64,000 bases of DNA, from contig RFVF01000006.1 in assembly GCA_009922615.1 (NCBI GenBank), positions 34,609 to 98,608 on the forward strand, written 5' to 3'. Positions 17,392-26,800 of the stretch are shown piece by piece. The position numbers were made by a program, and so were the translations under genes. The notes beneath the pieces were generated by a model. The model saw only the letters and a program-made list of their open reading frames with translations, searched no databases and had not been told where the DNA came from. This DNA comes from Pseudomonadota bacterium (lineage in GTDB: Bacteria > Verrucomicrobiota > Verrucomicrobiia > Limisphaerales > SXTU01). How positions within the stretch are numbered: position 1 is the first letter of the stretch; each line of letters opens with the position of its first letter.

Positions 17392-18930
17392 GTGGCACAA
17401 ATTCCTCAACCGATCCTCTTTGGCCTCGAGACCGAATACGGCATCGCGCGGGACGGCGTGGAGGACTTGGACGTGGTGGCGGAATCCATCGCACTGGTGC
17501 GCAGCGCCATGGAGCCGGGCGTGCGGATGCGCTGGGATTATGAGGCCGAGAACCCTCACCACGACGACCGCGGTTGGGACGTGCCCGAGCTGCGGCAGGA
17601 CTTCGACGAGGCGGACTACTTCGAGCAGGACACGCATCGCGAGCTGACCTTTGCCGAGATCAAGAGCGACCTCGCGCTCGGCAACGGCGCGCGCTTCTAC
17701 AACGACCATGCCCACCCGGAATACTGCACGCCCGAGTGCTCCACGCTCGCCGAGCTGGTCGCGCACGACCGCGCGGGCGAGCGCGTGGTGATGGCCTGCG
17801 CCCAGCGGCTTTCCAAGGCGCGCGGCGCAACGGTCCGACTCTACAAGAACAACACCGACTTCCGCGGCCACAGCTACGGCTGCCACGAGAATTACCTGCT
17901 GCCCCGCGCGCTGCCGTGGGAACGGCTGGCGGCAGGGGCGCAGGCGTTTCTTGTCACGCGGCAAATCTTTGCCGGCGCGGGCAAGTTCGCCATCGAGGCG
18001 GAGGACAAGTTCGTCTCGCCGCATTTCCAAATCGCCCAGCGAAGCGACTTCTTCAGCGAGTTGCAGAGCGTGGACACGATGCAGAAGCGCCCGCTCATCA
18101 ACACTCGCGACGAGCCGCACGCCGACCCGTGCCAGTGGCGGCGCTTCCACGTCATCATCGGCGACGCGAACCTTTCACCCTTCGCCACGCGCCTGAAGGT
18201 GGGCACCACCGCGCTGATACTTGAAGCCATCCTCCGCGACCCGAAGCGCATCTTCCCCGAGCTCGCCGACCCGCTCGACGCCCTGCCTGCCATCTCGCGC
18301 GACGCGCGCCATCGCTGGGAAGTGAAGCTGGCGAACCGCCGACCTTCCACCGCACTCGCCGTCCAGCGCGACTACCTCGCGGCGGCGAAGGAACTCTGTG
18401 ACTTGTCCGCGCCGGAGCGCGCCGCACTCGTAGTCGATTGGGAAGCCGTGCTGAACGATCTCGAAGCCGACGCCATGCGTTGCCGCGACCGGCTGGACTG
18501 GGTCGCCAAGCTCGCGCTCATCCGCGAGTTTCAAGCCGCCCAAGGTCTCGCAGACGACGACCCGTGGCTGCAAAGCCTCGACCTCGAATACCACCGGCTC
18601 GACTTCGACGCGGGGCTTTACTTCGGCTTGGAGCAGTCGGGCACGATGCGTGGCGTGCCGCCGGAAGCCGCCGTCCATCGCGCGATGTTCGAGCCGCCGG
18701 AGACCACGCGTGCGCTCATCCGGGGCAAGCTCATCCAGAAGTTTTCCGCCGCCGTGCTCTCGGCGCAGTGGGACCATGTCACGCTCGCTTGCGGCGACGG
18801 CGAGTTGAAGGTGTCGCTGCTGGAAATGTTCGCGCCGGAGCGCATCGCGTTCACCGCTCAGGCCATCGCCGCGTCAAATTCACCGGCAGAATTGCGCGAG
18901 CGCCTTTTTCGTGCCACTGTCCGTCAGTAA
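17392..18930 (+). CDS. Pup-ligase/deamidase family enzyme (Dop/PafA homolog; Dop-like by synteny)
   Basis: ILFGLETEYGI, NGARFYNDHAHPEYCTPEC, LYKNNTDFRGHSYGCHENYLL, FLVTRQIFAGAGKF. It lies immediately upstream of the tag gene, as dop does in actinobacteria. GTG start. Confidence 0.85.
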   Translation: MAQIPQPILFGLETEYGIARDGVEDLDVVAESIALVRSAMEPGVRMRWDYEAENPHHDDRGWDVPELRQDFDEADYFEQDTHRELTFAEIKSDLALGNGARFYNDHAHPEYCTPECSTLAELVAHDRAGERVVMACAQRLSKARGATVRLYKNNTDFRGHSYGCHENYLLPRALPWERLAAGAQAFLVTRQIFAGAGKFAIEAEDKFVSPHFQIAQRSDFFSELQSVDTMQKRPLINTRDEPHADPCQWRRFHVIIGDANLSPFATRLKVGTTALILEAILRDPKRIFPELADPLDALPAISRDARHRWEVKLANRRPSTALAVQRDYLAAAKELCDLSAPERAALVVDWEAVLNDLEADAMRCRDRLDWVAKLALIREFQAAQGLADDDPWLQSLDLEYHRLDFDAGLYFGLEQSGTMRGVPPEAAVHRAMFEPPETTRALIRGKLIQKFSAAVLSAQWDHVTLACGDGELKVSLLEMFAPERIAFTAQAIAASNSPAELRERLFRATVRQ

Positions 18931-18934
18931 CACT

Positions 18935-19108
18935 ATGCCCGACCAAGCCCAGAAAACCCGCCCGGTGACACCCAGCCCCAGCGGCGGCGGGGGCGACGGC
19001 CCCAGCGCGCCCAAGGTGGACAAGCCCAATGTCGAGGAACTCCTCAAGCGCATGAAGAAGGTGGACCCCGACCAGGCGAAGCGCTACCGCCAGCGCACCG
19101 GGCAATGA
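18935..19108 (+). CDS. UBact/Pup-like small protein modifier (57 aa) ending in RTGQ
   Basis: MPDQAQKTRPVTPSPSGGGGDGPSAPKVDKPNVEELLKRMKKVDPDQAKRYRQRTGQ has a disordered N-terminus, a basic helical C-terminus and a C-terminal Gln. It starts 4 nt after the dop-like stop. Its stop overlaps the prcB-like start (ATGA). Confidence 0.75.
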   Translation: MPDQAQKTRPVTPSPSGGGGDGPSAPKVDKPNVEELLKRMKKVDPDQAKRYRQRTGQ

Positions 19109-19875
19109 GCGCTACCCCGCAAATCTCCGGCGACTTCGTTTCGCTGCTCGCCTCGCATAACCTCGCGCCGCTGCGGGTGGACGCCACGCACGCGGCGCCG
19201 GTCGAGACGCAGGCCACCACGGTCTTTGCCTTCCATTTCGCCGATGGCGTGCTGATGGCAGGCGACCGGCGGGCGACGGCGGGCAACGTCATCGTCACCG
19301 ACCGCGTTGAGAAGGTCATCGAGCTGGACGCGCACTCGCTGCTGGCCATCGCGGGCGTGCCGGCGACGGCGTTCGAGATGGCGCGCGTGCTGCAAACGTC
19401 CTTCGAGTATTACCGCCGCAGCCAGCTCCAGTCGTTGAGCCTCCCGGCGAAAGTCCGCGCTCTCGCCCGCCTGCTCCGCGACAACCTGCCGATGACCATG
19501 CAAGGCGTCGGCGTGGTGGTGCCGCTCTTCGCTGGCGTGGACACCACGACGCAGCCGGCCAAGCCGCAGATTTTCTTCTACGACCCGCTGGGCGCGCAGT
19601 TTCAAGCGGTCGGCTATGCGACGAGCGGCTCGGGTTCGCAGACCATTCGCAGCGTGCTGAGTTATCAGGAGCGCTACGGCCAGCCGCGTCCGTCGGAGAT
19701 GACCTTGCCCCAAGCCGTGCAATTTGCGCTGCGCTTGCTGATGACGGCCTCGGAGTTTGATTCAGCCACCGGCGGCGTGCGGCCAGACACACTGGCCTTC
19801 GCGACGCTTAAGGTGCTGCGGGCGTCCGGTGTGGAGACGATTTCCGACGCGCAGCAGGCGGAGTGGCTCGGGTAG
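19105..19875 (+). CDS. prcB: Proteasome beta subunit (PrcB-like) with propeptide
   Basis: ...QA|TTVFAFHFADGVLMAGDRRATAGNVIVTDRVEKV... closely resembles mature PrcB (TTIVAL..GGV.MAGDRR.T.GN.I). Equivalents of Thr1, Asp17 and Lys33 are present. Confidence 0.8.
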   Translation: MSATPQISGDFVSLLASHNLAPLRVDATHAAPVETQATTVFAFHFADGVLMAGDRRATAGNVIVTDRVEKVIELDAHSLLAIAGVPATAFEMARVLQTSFEYYRRSQLQSLSLPAKVRALARLLRDNLPMTMQGVGVVVPLFAGVDTTTQPAKPQIFFYDPLGAQFQAVGYATSGSGSQTIRSVLSYQERYGQPRPSEMTLPQAVQFALRLLMTASEFDSATGGVRPDTLAFATLKVLRASGVETISDAQQAEWLG

Positions 19876-19952
19876 GACGAATGCCGGCGACTTCCATTCG
19901 CGGCCGGTGGAAAACAGCAGGACAGAGGTGCTCGCCAAGCCAACCTGCAACG

Positions 19953-19971
19953 CGGCGGCTGGAAGCCGCCG
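19953..19971. terminator. GC hairpin between convergent genes (possible bidirectional terminator, no U-tract)
   Basis: cggcggc-tggaa-gccgccg, a 7-bp stem. It lies in the 120-nt gap between prcB-like and the convergent propeller gene. Confidence 0.25.
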
Positions 19972-19995
19972 ACACGAGGTTGGGTTCGCTCGCAA

Positions 19996-21219
19996 CTACT
20001 TCACCTTCACGCAGACCAAGTCCCCGCGCGCATTGCGGCAATAGACTTTTGCATCCGCCAGGACCGGGACGGTCCAGCAGCGGCCACCGAGGACTTGGTG
20101 CCGGGCCGTGGCTTTGAAGCCCGTGGGCGTGGCCGGAGCGGCCAACATCTCCCCGCGCTCACTGAGAATCAGCAGCGTCCCGTCCGCAGTGGCCATCAGG
20201 GAGCCGCAGCCGAGGCCGTCGCTGGCGGGCACGCGCCACTTTTCCTTGCCGCTTGCGAATTCGAGGCAAACGAATTCTGTGGGCCGGCCGCGATGTGCGG
20301 TGCCATCGAAACCGTAGAGGTGGCCTTCGAGCAGCACGGAGTTGTTCATGTGGTTGCACATGGCCTTGTGCTCGTAGCGCGGCTTAAGCGCGCTGCCGTT
20401 CAGCTCGAACAGCGCACAGCCCCGGTCGTAGCCGGTTGAGATGAAGATGAGCCCATCGTGGACGATGGGCGTGGTCGCGGTGGTGTCGAAGGAAGTTTTC
20501 CACGGCGTGGTGGCGATGGTCTTGCCGCTCGTGGCGTCGAGCACGGTCAGGCCCTCGGCCTTCATCACCGCAACGAGTTTCCGCTCGCCGGACGCGAAGG
20601 CCGTTGGCGTGCCATAAGCGGGTGTGAACGGTTCACCCTTCCATTTCACGCGGCCTGTGGCGGGGTCGAGCGCAAACGTCGGGCCGGCTTCGATGAGCAG
20701 CGTGTCGTCGCTGAGGAAATACGGTGAGCAGGCGAAACCCCATTCGGGTGGCGCGTCCAGCCCGGCTTCGGCCATCATGTCGCGCTGCCAGACGAGCTTG
20801 CCAGTCGCGGCCTCGTAGCAGTGCAGGCGGCCGTGTTTGCTGTAAGTGAAGACCTTGCCGCCGCGCACCGTGGGCGTCGCGCCGGGGCCGCCTTCGTAGA
20901 ATCGATCTATGAGCGGGGCCGGGTAGCTGTGTTTCCAAACCTCCTTGCCGGTCGCGCCGTCGAAGCACCACACCGTTTCGTCACCGCCGCTCTTCGCCCC
21001 GTTGTGGCCCATCGTGAAGACGCGCCCGTCTGCGATGGCCACGGAGGAAAAACCGACACCGACCTTCTTCTGCCACAAGGTTTCGGTGAAGTCCGGCCTA
21101 GCCGGCAGGCGCTCAGTGGAAATGCCGTCTTCGTTCGATCCGCGCCACTGCGGCCAATCAGCCGCCAAAACGGTCCATGTGTTCAGGAACAACAGGGCGA
21201 GCAGACGATGGCAGTGCAT
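19996..21219 (-). CDS. PQQ-like / BamB-like beta-propeller repeat protein, secreted
   Basis: The ATG at 21219 gives MHCHRLLALLFLNTWTVLAADWPQWRG (the typical DWPxWRG start of PQQ-like repeat proteins), followed by repeated ...G.V....G.L.a.da.tGk..W blades. The longer ORF-track start would overlap the peroxiredoxin gene. Confidence 0.8.
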   Translation of the reverse strand: MHCHRLLALLFLNTWTVLAADWPQWRGSNEDGISTERLPARPDFTETLWQKKVGVGFSSVAIADGRVFTMGHNGAKSGGDETVWCFDGATGKEVWKHSYPAPLIDRFYEGGPGATPTVRGGKVFTYSKHGRLHCYEAATGKLVWQRDMMAEAGLDAPPEWGFACSPYFLSDDTLLIEAGPTFALDPATGRVKWKGEPFTPAYGTPTAFASGERKLVAVMKAEGLTVLDATSGKTIATTPWKTSFDTTATTPIVHDGLIFISTGYDRGCALFELNGSALKPRYEHKAMCNHMNNSVLLEGHLYGFDGTAHRGRPTEFVCLEFASGKEKWRVPASDGLGCGSLMATADGTLLILSERGEMLAAPATPTGFKATARHQVLGGRCWTVPVLADAKVYCRNARGDLVCVKVK

Positions 21220-21263
21220 ACGCGAAACGGCTGCCTCGCTGGGCTGCGCGTGCCGAGGCGGGC

Positions 21264-21899
21264 TTACTTGTTCGGCTGCGGCGTGTAACGGAGGTAGGGT
21301 TTCACCTTCCGCGCGCCCTTGGGGAACAGCGCCGGGATTTCCTCGTCCTTCACCGCGAGCGTGATGATGCAGTCCTGCCCATCCTTCCAGTCGGCCGGCG
21401 TGGCCACTTTGTGCTTGGCTGAGAGCTGGAGGGAGTCCACGACGCGCAGGATTTCCATGAAGTTGCGCCCGCACGACATCGGGTAGGTGAGCGTGAGCTT
21501 CACCTTCTTGTCCGGCCCGATGACGAAGACGGAGCGCACAGTGGCCTTGTCGTCCATGTTCGGGTGAATCATGTCGTAAAGCGCGGCGACGGTTTTTGCG
21601 GGGTCGGCGATGATCGGAAAATTCATCGTGGTGCCCTGAGTTTCGTTGATGTCCTTGACCCAACCGTGGTGGGACTCGACCGGGTCCACGGACACGGCGA
21701 TGCACTTGACGTTGCGCTTGGCGAACTCGTCCTTGAGCTTGGCGACCGCGCCCAGCTCAGTGGTGCAGACGGGCGTGTAGTCGGCGGGATGGGAGAAGAG
21801 GATACCCCAGCCGGTGCCGAGCCACTGATGGAAATCAATGCGGCCTTCGGTGGTGTCGGCCTGAAAGTTCGGAGCGAGGTCGTTAAGTCGGAGTGCCAT
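21264..21899 (-). CDS. 1-Cys peroxiredoxin (Prx6-like)
   Basis: MALRLNDLAPNFQADTTEGRIDFHQWLG..WGILFSHPADYTPVCTTELG. Confidence 0.9.
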   Translation of the reverse strand: MALRLNDLAPNFQADTTEGRIDFHQWLGTGWGILFSHPADYTPVCTTELGAVAKLKDEFAKRNVKCIAVSVDPVESHHGWVKDINETQGTTMNFPIIADPAKTVAALYDMIHPNMDDKATVRSVFVIGPDKKVKLTLTYPMSCGRNFMEILRVVDSLQLSAKHKVATPADWKDGQDCIITLAVKDEEIPALFPKGARKVKPYLRYTPQPNK

Positions 21900-22006
21900 A
21901 GATCAATAGTTGGTTTTGTTTCGCGGTCGGAAATTAAGAAACGTTGCCCCATCACACAAGGGAATCTCTCGATGACCTCCGCCGGGGCAGGGCAGGGGAC
22001 AGGCGT

Positions 22007-23461
22007 TTATCCGAGAATGTCCTTCACCACATGGCCATGCACGTCGGTAAGGCGATAGTCGCGGCCTTGGAAGCGGAAGGTCAACTTCTCATGGTCAAAG
22101 CCAAGCTGGTGCATGATCGTGGCCTGCAAGTCGTGGACGTGGACCTTGTTCTCCACGATGCCGAAGCCGAGCTCATCGGTCTCGCCATAACTAAAGCCCT
22201 TCTTGATGCCCGCGCCGGCGAGCATGAGCGAATAGCAGTCAGGGTAGTGATCGCGCCCGAGCACCTGGCCGCCCGCCGTGCGGCCCTCGCGGAAGGGCGT
22301 GCGCCCGAACTCGCCGCCCCAGACGATCAGCGTGTCGTCGAGCAATCCACGCTGCTTCAAGTCCTCGATCAACGCCGTCACGGGCTTGTCCGTCCGCGCC
22401 ATTTTGTTCGTCAGGCCGCCGCGAATGTCCTCGTTCGGGCCGGTCCCGTGGAAGTCCCAGCCCCAGTCAAAGAGCTGCACGTAGCGCACGCCCTGCTCGA
22501 CGAGTCGGCGCGCGAGCAGGCAGTTGTTCGCGAAGCTCGCCTCGCCGGGCTTCGCGCCGTAGGCCTCCAGCAGCGCGGCGGGTTCCCGCGAAATGTCCAT
22601 GACTTCGGGCACGCTCGTCTGCATGCGGAAGGCGAGTTCGTATTGCGCGATGCGTGTCGCGGTCTCGGGATTGCCCAGCTCGCGCGACTGCTCCTCGTTC
22701 AACTCGCGCAACGTGTCGAGCGTGCGCCGGCGCATCTCGCGGTCCATGCCGGGCGGGTTGGAAACGTAGAGCACCGGGTCACCCTTCGAGCGGCACTGCA
22801 CGCCTTGATAAACGGAGGGGAGAAAGCCGCTGCTCCAGCAGCTTTGGCCGCCGCTGGGTTGCACGCCGCTACTGATGAGCACGACGAAACCGGGAAGATT
22901 TTCGTTCTCCGTGCCGAGGCCGTAAGTCGCCCACGTGCCCATGCTGGGCCGCCCTTGCCGTGCGGAGCCAGTGTAGAGCAGCAGTTCGGCGGGCGCGTGG
23001 TTGAACTCGTCCGTGGTCATGGACTTGATGACCGTGATCTCGTTGGCCACGCGCGGGAGGTTGGTGAGCGCGTCGGACATCCAGATGCCACCCCGCCCGT
23101 GCTGCGCGTAGTTGCGCGGCGTGCCCATGAGCTTCGGCACGCCGGAGGTGAACGCGAAGCGACGGCCTTTCAGGAACTGATCGGGGCAATCCTGCCCGTT
23201 GCGCTTCACCAGCTCGGGCTTGTAGTCGAAAATGTCCAAATGCGGCGGCGCACCGCTCATGTGCAGGTAGATGACACGTTTGGCCTTCGGCTCGAAATGC
23301 GGCGAGCGCGGCGCGAGCGGACGCGACGGGTCGGTCGGCTCGGCAACGGCCTTCGTGCCGACCAACGCCTCCATCGCAATCGCGCCCAGGCTGAACTGCC
23401 CGGCGCTGCGCAGGAACGTGCGGCGGGTTTGGTGCTGGAGTCGGAGGAGGTGGGGATTCAT
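22007..23461 (-). CDS. DUF1501 family protein (sulfatase-like fold), Tat signal
   Basis: QTRRTFLRSAGQFSLGA signal, ...FDWGWDFHG..., ...VWGGEFGRTP...GRDH. It pairs with the DUF1549/DUF1553 gene upstream. Confidence 0.85.
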   Translation of the reverse strand: MNPHLLRLQHQTRRTFLRSAGQFSLGAIAMEALVGTKAVAEPTDPSRPLAPRSPHFEPKAKRVIYLHMSGAPPHLDIFDYKPELVKRNGQDCPDQFLKGRRFAFTSGVPKLMGTPRNYAQHGRGGIWMSDALTNLPRVANEITVIKSMTTDEFNHAPAELLLYTGSARQGRPSMGTWATYGLGTENENLPGFVVLISSGVQPSGGQSCWSSGFLPSVYQGVQCRSKGDPVLYVSNPPGMDREMRRRTLDTLRELNEEQSRELGNPETATRIAQYELAFRMQTSVPEVMDISREPAALLEAYGAKPGEASFANNCLLARRLVEQGVRYVQLFDWGWDFHGTGPNEDIRGGLTNKMARTDKPVTALIEDLKQRGLLDDTLIVWGGEFGRTPFREGRTAGGQVLGRDHYPDCYSLMLAGAGIKKGFSYGETDELGFGIVENKVHVHDLQATIMHQLGFDHEKLTFRFQGRDYRLTDVHGHVVKDILG

Positions 23462-23517
23462 GGGGGAAGTTTTTCGGTTTTAAGTGCCGCCGAGATCGCG
23501 GTGTGTGAAGAGACTTC

Positions 23518-23871
23518 TCAGGGAGTTGTTTTCGTCGGGGAAGAGTCGGTTGCTTCGGTGGTGCGCTTGTTCCGCGACAGGTCGAACGGCAGGAGAACCG
23601 TGTCCAGCGCCGCCGAAAAGGGCAGGTCCAGTATGTTCATGAATTGCAATGACGGTTTATCCGCCAGTTGCGGGTTGGCCAGGTAATGAGCGTTACCTTT
23701 TACACCGGCATACGGTTCGGGCGCGCTCCCATTTGTCCGCATACCAATGGCAGCACAGCCCGTTAAACTCAAGAGACACGCGCCGACAAACAGCCCGATT
23801 CCAACACCAGCAGTGTCCGAATGTTCACCACGGAAAACTGAAAACTGAAAACTGAAAACTCGCCTTTTCAT
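23518..23871 (-). CDS. Small lipoprotein, YceK/YidQ-like (tentative)
   Basis: Lipobox LSLTGC. The ...YAGVKGN...LDLPFSAALDTVLLPFD motif resembles the YceK family. The ATG overlaps the upstream stop (ATGA at 23868-23871). Confidence 0.55.
   Translation of the reverse strand: MKRRVFSFQFSVFRGEHSDTAGVGIGLFVGACLLSLTGCAAIGMRTNGSAPEPYAGVKGNAHYLANPQLADKPSLQFMNILDLPFSAALDTVLLPFDLSRNKRTTEATDSSPTKTTP
23833..23860. repeat. Perfect tandem heptamer (GAAAACT)x4 in the first codons of the lipoprotein gene
   Basis: Read directly. It encodes ...VFSFQFSVFR... on the minus strand. Confidence 0.9.
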
Positions 23872-26800
23872 CGCTTCATCAACGCTTCATCCAAGTTCAG
23901 CAGCACATTCGCCACGGTCGTCCAGGCGGCGAGGTCGGCGGGTTCCATCTTGTCGCGCAGCGGGCCGAGCGGATCGGTTGCGAGGGCGATGGCTTTGTCC
24001 TTGTCCTTGAGAAACTCCGTGCGTGCGTCGTCGTGCAGCTTCACGAGCTTGGACAGTTCGCTCGCGGTCGGCGGACGCGCGACCAGGCGGCGGAAGGCGT
24101 AGCGCGCCTTGTCGGCGTCGGTCGAGCCGCCTTCGCTCGTGAGGTTGCGCGCAAGCGCCTGCGCGGCCTCCACGTAAACCGGATCGTTCATCGTCACCAG
24201 TGCCTGCAACGGCGTGTTCGTGCGGTTGCGGCGCAGCGAACAGGCCTCGCGGCTTGGCGCGTCGAACGTGGCCATCGAGGGATACGGGCTGGTGCGCCGC
24301 CATTCGGTGTAGAGGCCGCGCCGGTAGCGGTCCTCGCCGGTGCTCGTGGTCCAGTCCAGCCCGCCGCCGAACGCCGCGTTCAAGCCCATGCTCGGGCGCG
24401 TGGGGCGCACGCTGGGGCCGAACATCTTCGCACTGAGCAATCCGCTCGCGGCGAGCGCCTGATCGCGCACCATCTCGGCGGTGAGCCGCAGCCGCGGGCC
24501 GCGCGAGAGCAGGCGGTTCTCCGGGTCCTTCTCCAACGCCTCGGGCGTGACTTTCGAGGACTGGCGGTAGGCTTGCGACGTAACGATCAAGCGGAGGAAT
24601 TGCTTCGTATCCCATTTCATCGCGACTAGCTCGGTGGCCAGCCAGTCGAGCAACTCCGGGTGTGTGGGCAACTCGCCTTGCGCGCCGAACTCCTCGCTCG
24701 TGCGCACGAGGCCAGTGCCAAAAATCGCTTCCCAGTAGCGGTTCGCCACGACGCGCGCGGTGAGCGGGTTGTTCTCGTCCACGAGCCACTTGGCGAGCGT
24801 GAGGCGGTTGCGCGGCGCGTCCTTCGGCAACGGATGCCACGCGGCCGGCACGGCGGCGGTGACTTCCTCGCCGAGGTTCTGCCAGTTACCGCGAATCTGC
24901 ACCTGCGTCTTGCGCTGTTTGTCAGCGGCCAACTCGCGGTAGATGGGCACGGTCATCGGTTTGAGGTCGGCGAGCGATTTGGTGAGCGCAGCGAACTGCG
25001 TGCGCTCTGACTTTAACTCCGGTGCGAGGTTGCGCGCGAAGTAGTCCACGACCTTCGCACGGTCGCCCGGCGGAAGAGCATTCAGTGTCCAGTTTTCAGC
25101 GTTCAGTGAGCGGCTGCTGGCCAGCGTGGAAACAATCGCCGCCGGCGTGCGCGCGAACTCGGCGGCCTGCGCGTCCGCCGTCACGCCGAGACGGAAGTGA
25201 CCGAGCGTGGCTTTCGCGGTGGTGGACTGCTGTTCCAGCGTGACGGAGACGCGGGAGCCGGCGGGAAGCTCGACCGGCTTGTCCGCGATGAGTGTGAGCG
25301 TGTGCGGCTTGCCGGTTGCGCCGCCGACGGCCCAGCCGCGCGTGCGGTCGCGCTTCGGCACGTCGTCGTGCAGCACGTTGTCGGCGTCGAAGTTCGCCTG
25401 GGTGAAGTCCGCGAGAGCCGTGCTGAACTTGATTTCCCGCGCGCCGTTCATGGCGAACGCCAGGTCTTTCTTCGGCGCGTCGTTGCCGGCCTTGTCCCAC
25501 ACCACGTTGCGCTGCGCATCGAGCGCGACCACACGGAAGCCTTTCAATCGCTCGCCGGCCTCGGCGCGATTCCACACCACGATGCGCTCCAGCGCGCGCG
25601 CCTCCTTCAAGTCCACCTCCCACCACGGATTATCCTGCGCCTCGGTGTGGGCGACCGAACCTTTGTCGTATTCGCCATCGGTTTTGCCATCAATCGCGCG
25701 CGCTGCGGCCGCACCCATGTAAGTGCTGCTCTGCTTGGCCTCGCCCTTGAGCGCAATGTTCTCGCCGCCGCTGAAGACCTGCACCTCGGCGAGTTGCAGA
25801 AATTGGTTCTTCGCGGGCAGCTCGATGCGCACGAAGCGCCCGACCGGGCCCTTGCTCTCGGCGGGCGGCAGCACGCTGGCACGCACGCGCGTGACGACGA
25901 AGTTGCCGCCCGCGTGACCGGGGCCTTTGCCGGGCAGCTTGTCGTTCGGCAATGCTTCGAGCCGCAGTGCCGTGAGCTTCTGTGCGTCGGTCAAGGTCAG
26001 CTCCACGGTGAAATTATCCTTGGCCGCGTCGTTCTTGGCGACGACCACGCTGCCGTCGTCCTGCGCCGCGAGCGCGGCCCCGGAAGTGGCTTTCGCTACG
26101 CTGGGCTTGGGGGAAGTCCAGTCGAGCTTCACGGGGAACGACTGCGCCCACTTGTCTGCCGCCGCGATGACCGCCGGAGACGGCGACTTCAGCTTCGACT
26201 CGATCGCCGCGAGTTCAGTTTCCCACTTCGTGCGTTGCTGCTTTTGCTCCTCGGTGAAGAACGAGAGCAGCGGCGACTCGTCGCGCTTGTCGGCGTCCTC
26301 GGTCTGGTTGAGGAACGCGAAGAGCTGGTAATACTCCTTCTGCGCGATGGGATCATATTTGTGCGTGTGACACTGCGCGCACGCCATCGAAGTGCCCATC
26401 CACACGGCGAAGGTCGTGTTCACGCGGTCCACGACGGCGACATTGCGGAACTCCTCGTCGTTGGTGCCGCCCTCGTTGTTCGTCATCGTGTTGCGATGGA
26501 AAGCTGTGGCCTTGAGCTGATCGTCGGTCGGATTTTCGAGCAAGTCGCCAGCGAGCTGCTCGATGGTGAATTGATCGAACGGGAGGTTCTTGTTGAACGC
26601 GCTGATCACATAATCGCGGTAGGCCCAGATCGTGCGCGGCGGGTCGTCCGCGTAACCCGCGCTGTCCGCGTAACGCGCCAGATCGAGCCACAGCCGCGCC
26701 CAATGCTCGCCGTAGCTGGGCTTGGCGAGCTGTAAATCCACAAAGCGCTCATAAGCCTTCGGCGCCTGATCTGCGACGAACGCGTCCACCTCCGCCACGC

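Noticed and set aside
17391-17410. TGGCAC at the start of the dop-like gene as a sigma54 -24 element
   Set aside because: There is no TTGC at the required N5 spacing, and the hexamer is part of the GTG-GCA-CAA start codons.
19996-21705. 569-aa version of the propeller gene, and the 443-aa version of 27587-28918 and the 374-aa version of 33092-34216
   Set aside because: The N-terminal extensions are Arg/Pro-rich, overlap neighbouring real genes or intergenic repeats, and precede obvious signal peptides starting at internal ATGs.
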